Assembly (NCBI GenBank): GCA_937625935.1
Contig: OW569351.1
Coordinates: 558,001-622,000, forward strand
From: Tetramitus jugosus
Taxonomy: Eukaryota; Protista; Heterolobosea
Direction: 5' to 3'
DNA length: 64,000 bases
In this document: positions 63,780 to 64,000 of the stretch, piece by piece
Layout of the letters: each line of letters opens with the position of its first letter
Numbering within the stretch: the first letter of the stretch is position 1
The notes under the pieces: generated by a model
Seen by the model: the letters and a program-made list of their open reading frames with translations, nothing else
What the model was told of the DNA's origin: nothing
The model's database searches: none
Made by a program: the position numbers and the translations under genes

Positions 63780-64000
63780 CACCAATCACGATTCCTGTTG
63801 GTCGCACTAATAAGGGCAATCCCCTCAGTCAAGGTCAAGAAGAATATAATGCCAAACAGAGAAGTGCGAGAGCTCGACCTATTTTTCGGTTGTAAAACCA
63901 AAATCCCGCGCCACCTTCGGGGAAATTAAAACAAAGTTGAAGAGTTTCACCACAGCATGGGCTGAAAGTGAACACCAACAAGATTACCTGTTTTCCATTG
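63780..64000 (+). pseudogene. Broken C-terminus of a DDE_Tnp_4 (IS5/Harbinger/ISL2EU-like) transposase
   Basis: PLSQGQEEYNAKQRSARAR, then after a frameshifting insert TFGEIKTKLKSFTTAW; this fits the YN..R..vE..FG.lK signature. Confidence 0.55.

Overview
Gene-dense, intron-poor eukaryotic DNA with short GT-AG introns and many poly-Asn/Gln/Thr tracts. The style suggests a protist, probably heterolobosean (inference). Bases 1-52.5 kb hold about 25 housekeeping genes: NT5C, a TSET/TTRAY-type WD40, an XRN exoribonuclease, LysM-TLDc, mitochondrial L20, a sphingosine kinase-like enzyme, cathepsin B, WS/DGAT, ACOX, a MutL/PMS1-like protein, F-box, ankyrin, SET-MYND and RCC1 proteins. Several have unusual fusions (XRN+PITH, FAH+strictosidine-synthase-like, PB1+NYN). 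The main feature is a 3,672-bp non-autonomous DNA transposon (52507-56178) with 12-bp terminal inverted repeats and TTAA on both sides. It encodes an intact 637-aa Fanzor (eukaryotic TnpB-like RNA-guided nuclease) followed by a structured candidate omegaRNA running into the right end. It also carries cargo: an internal VPS35 fragment, an F-box-like ORF and a CxxC mini-ORF. To its right (56.2-64 kb) is a degenerate accessory-like zone with a probably frameshifted kinase gene, an ~88-bp direct repeat, a JmjC/Zn-finger gene and a broken DDE_Tnp_4-like transposase remnant. All calls are from motif reading by eye; no searches were run.
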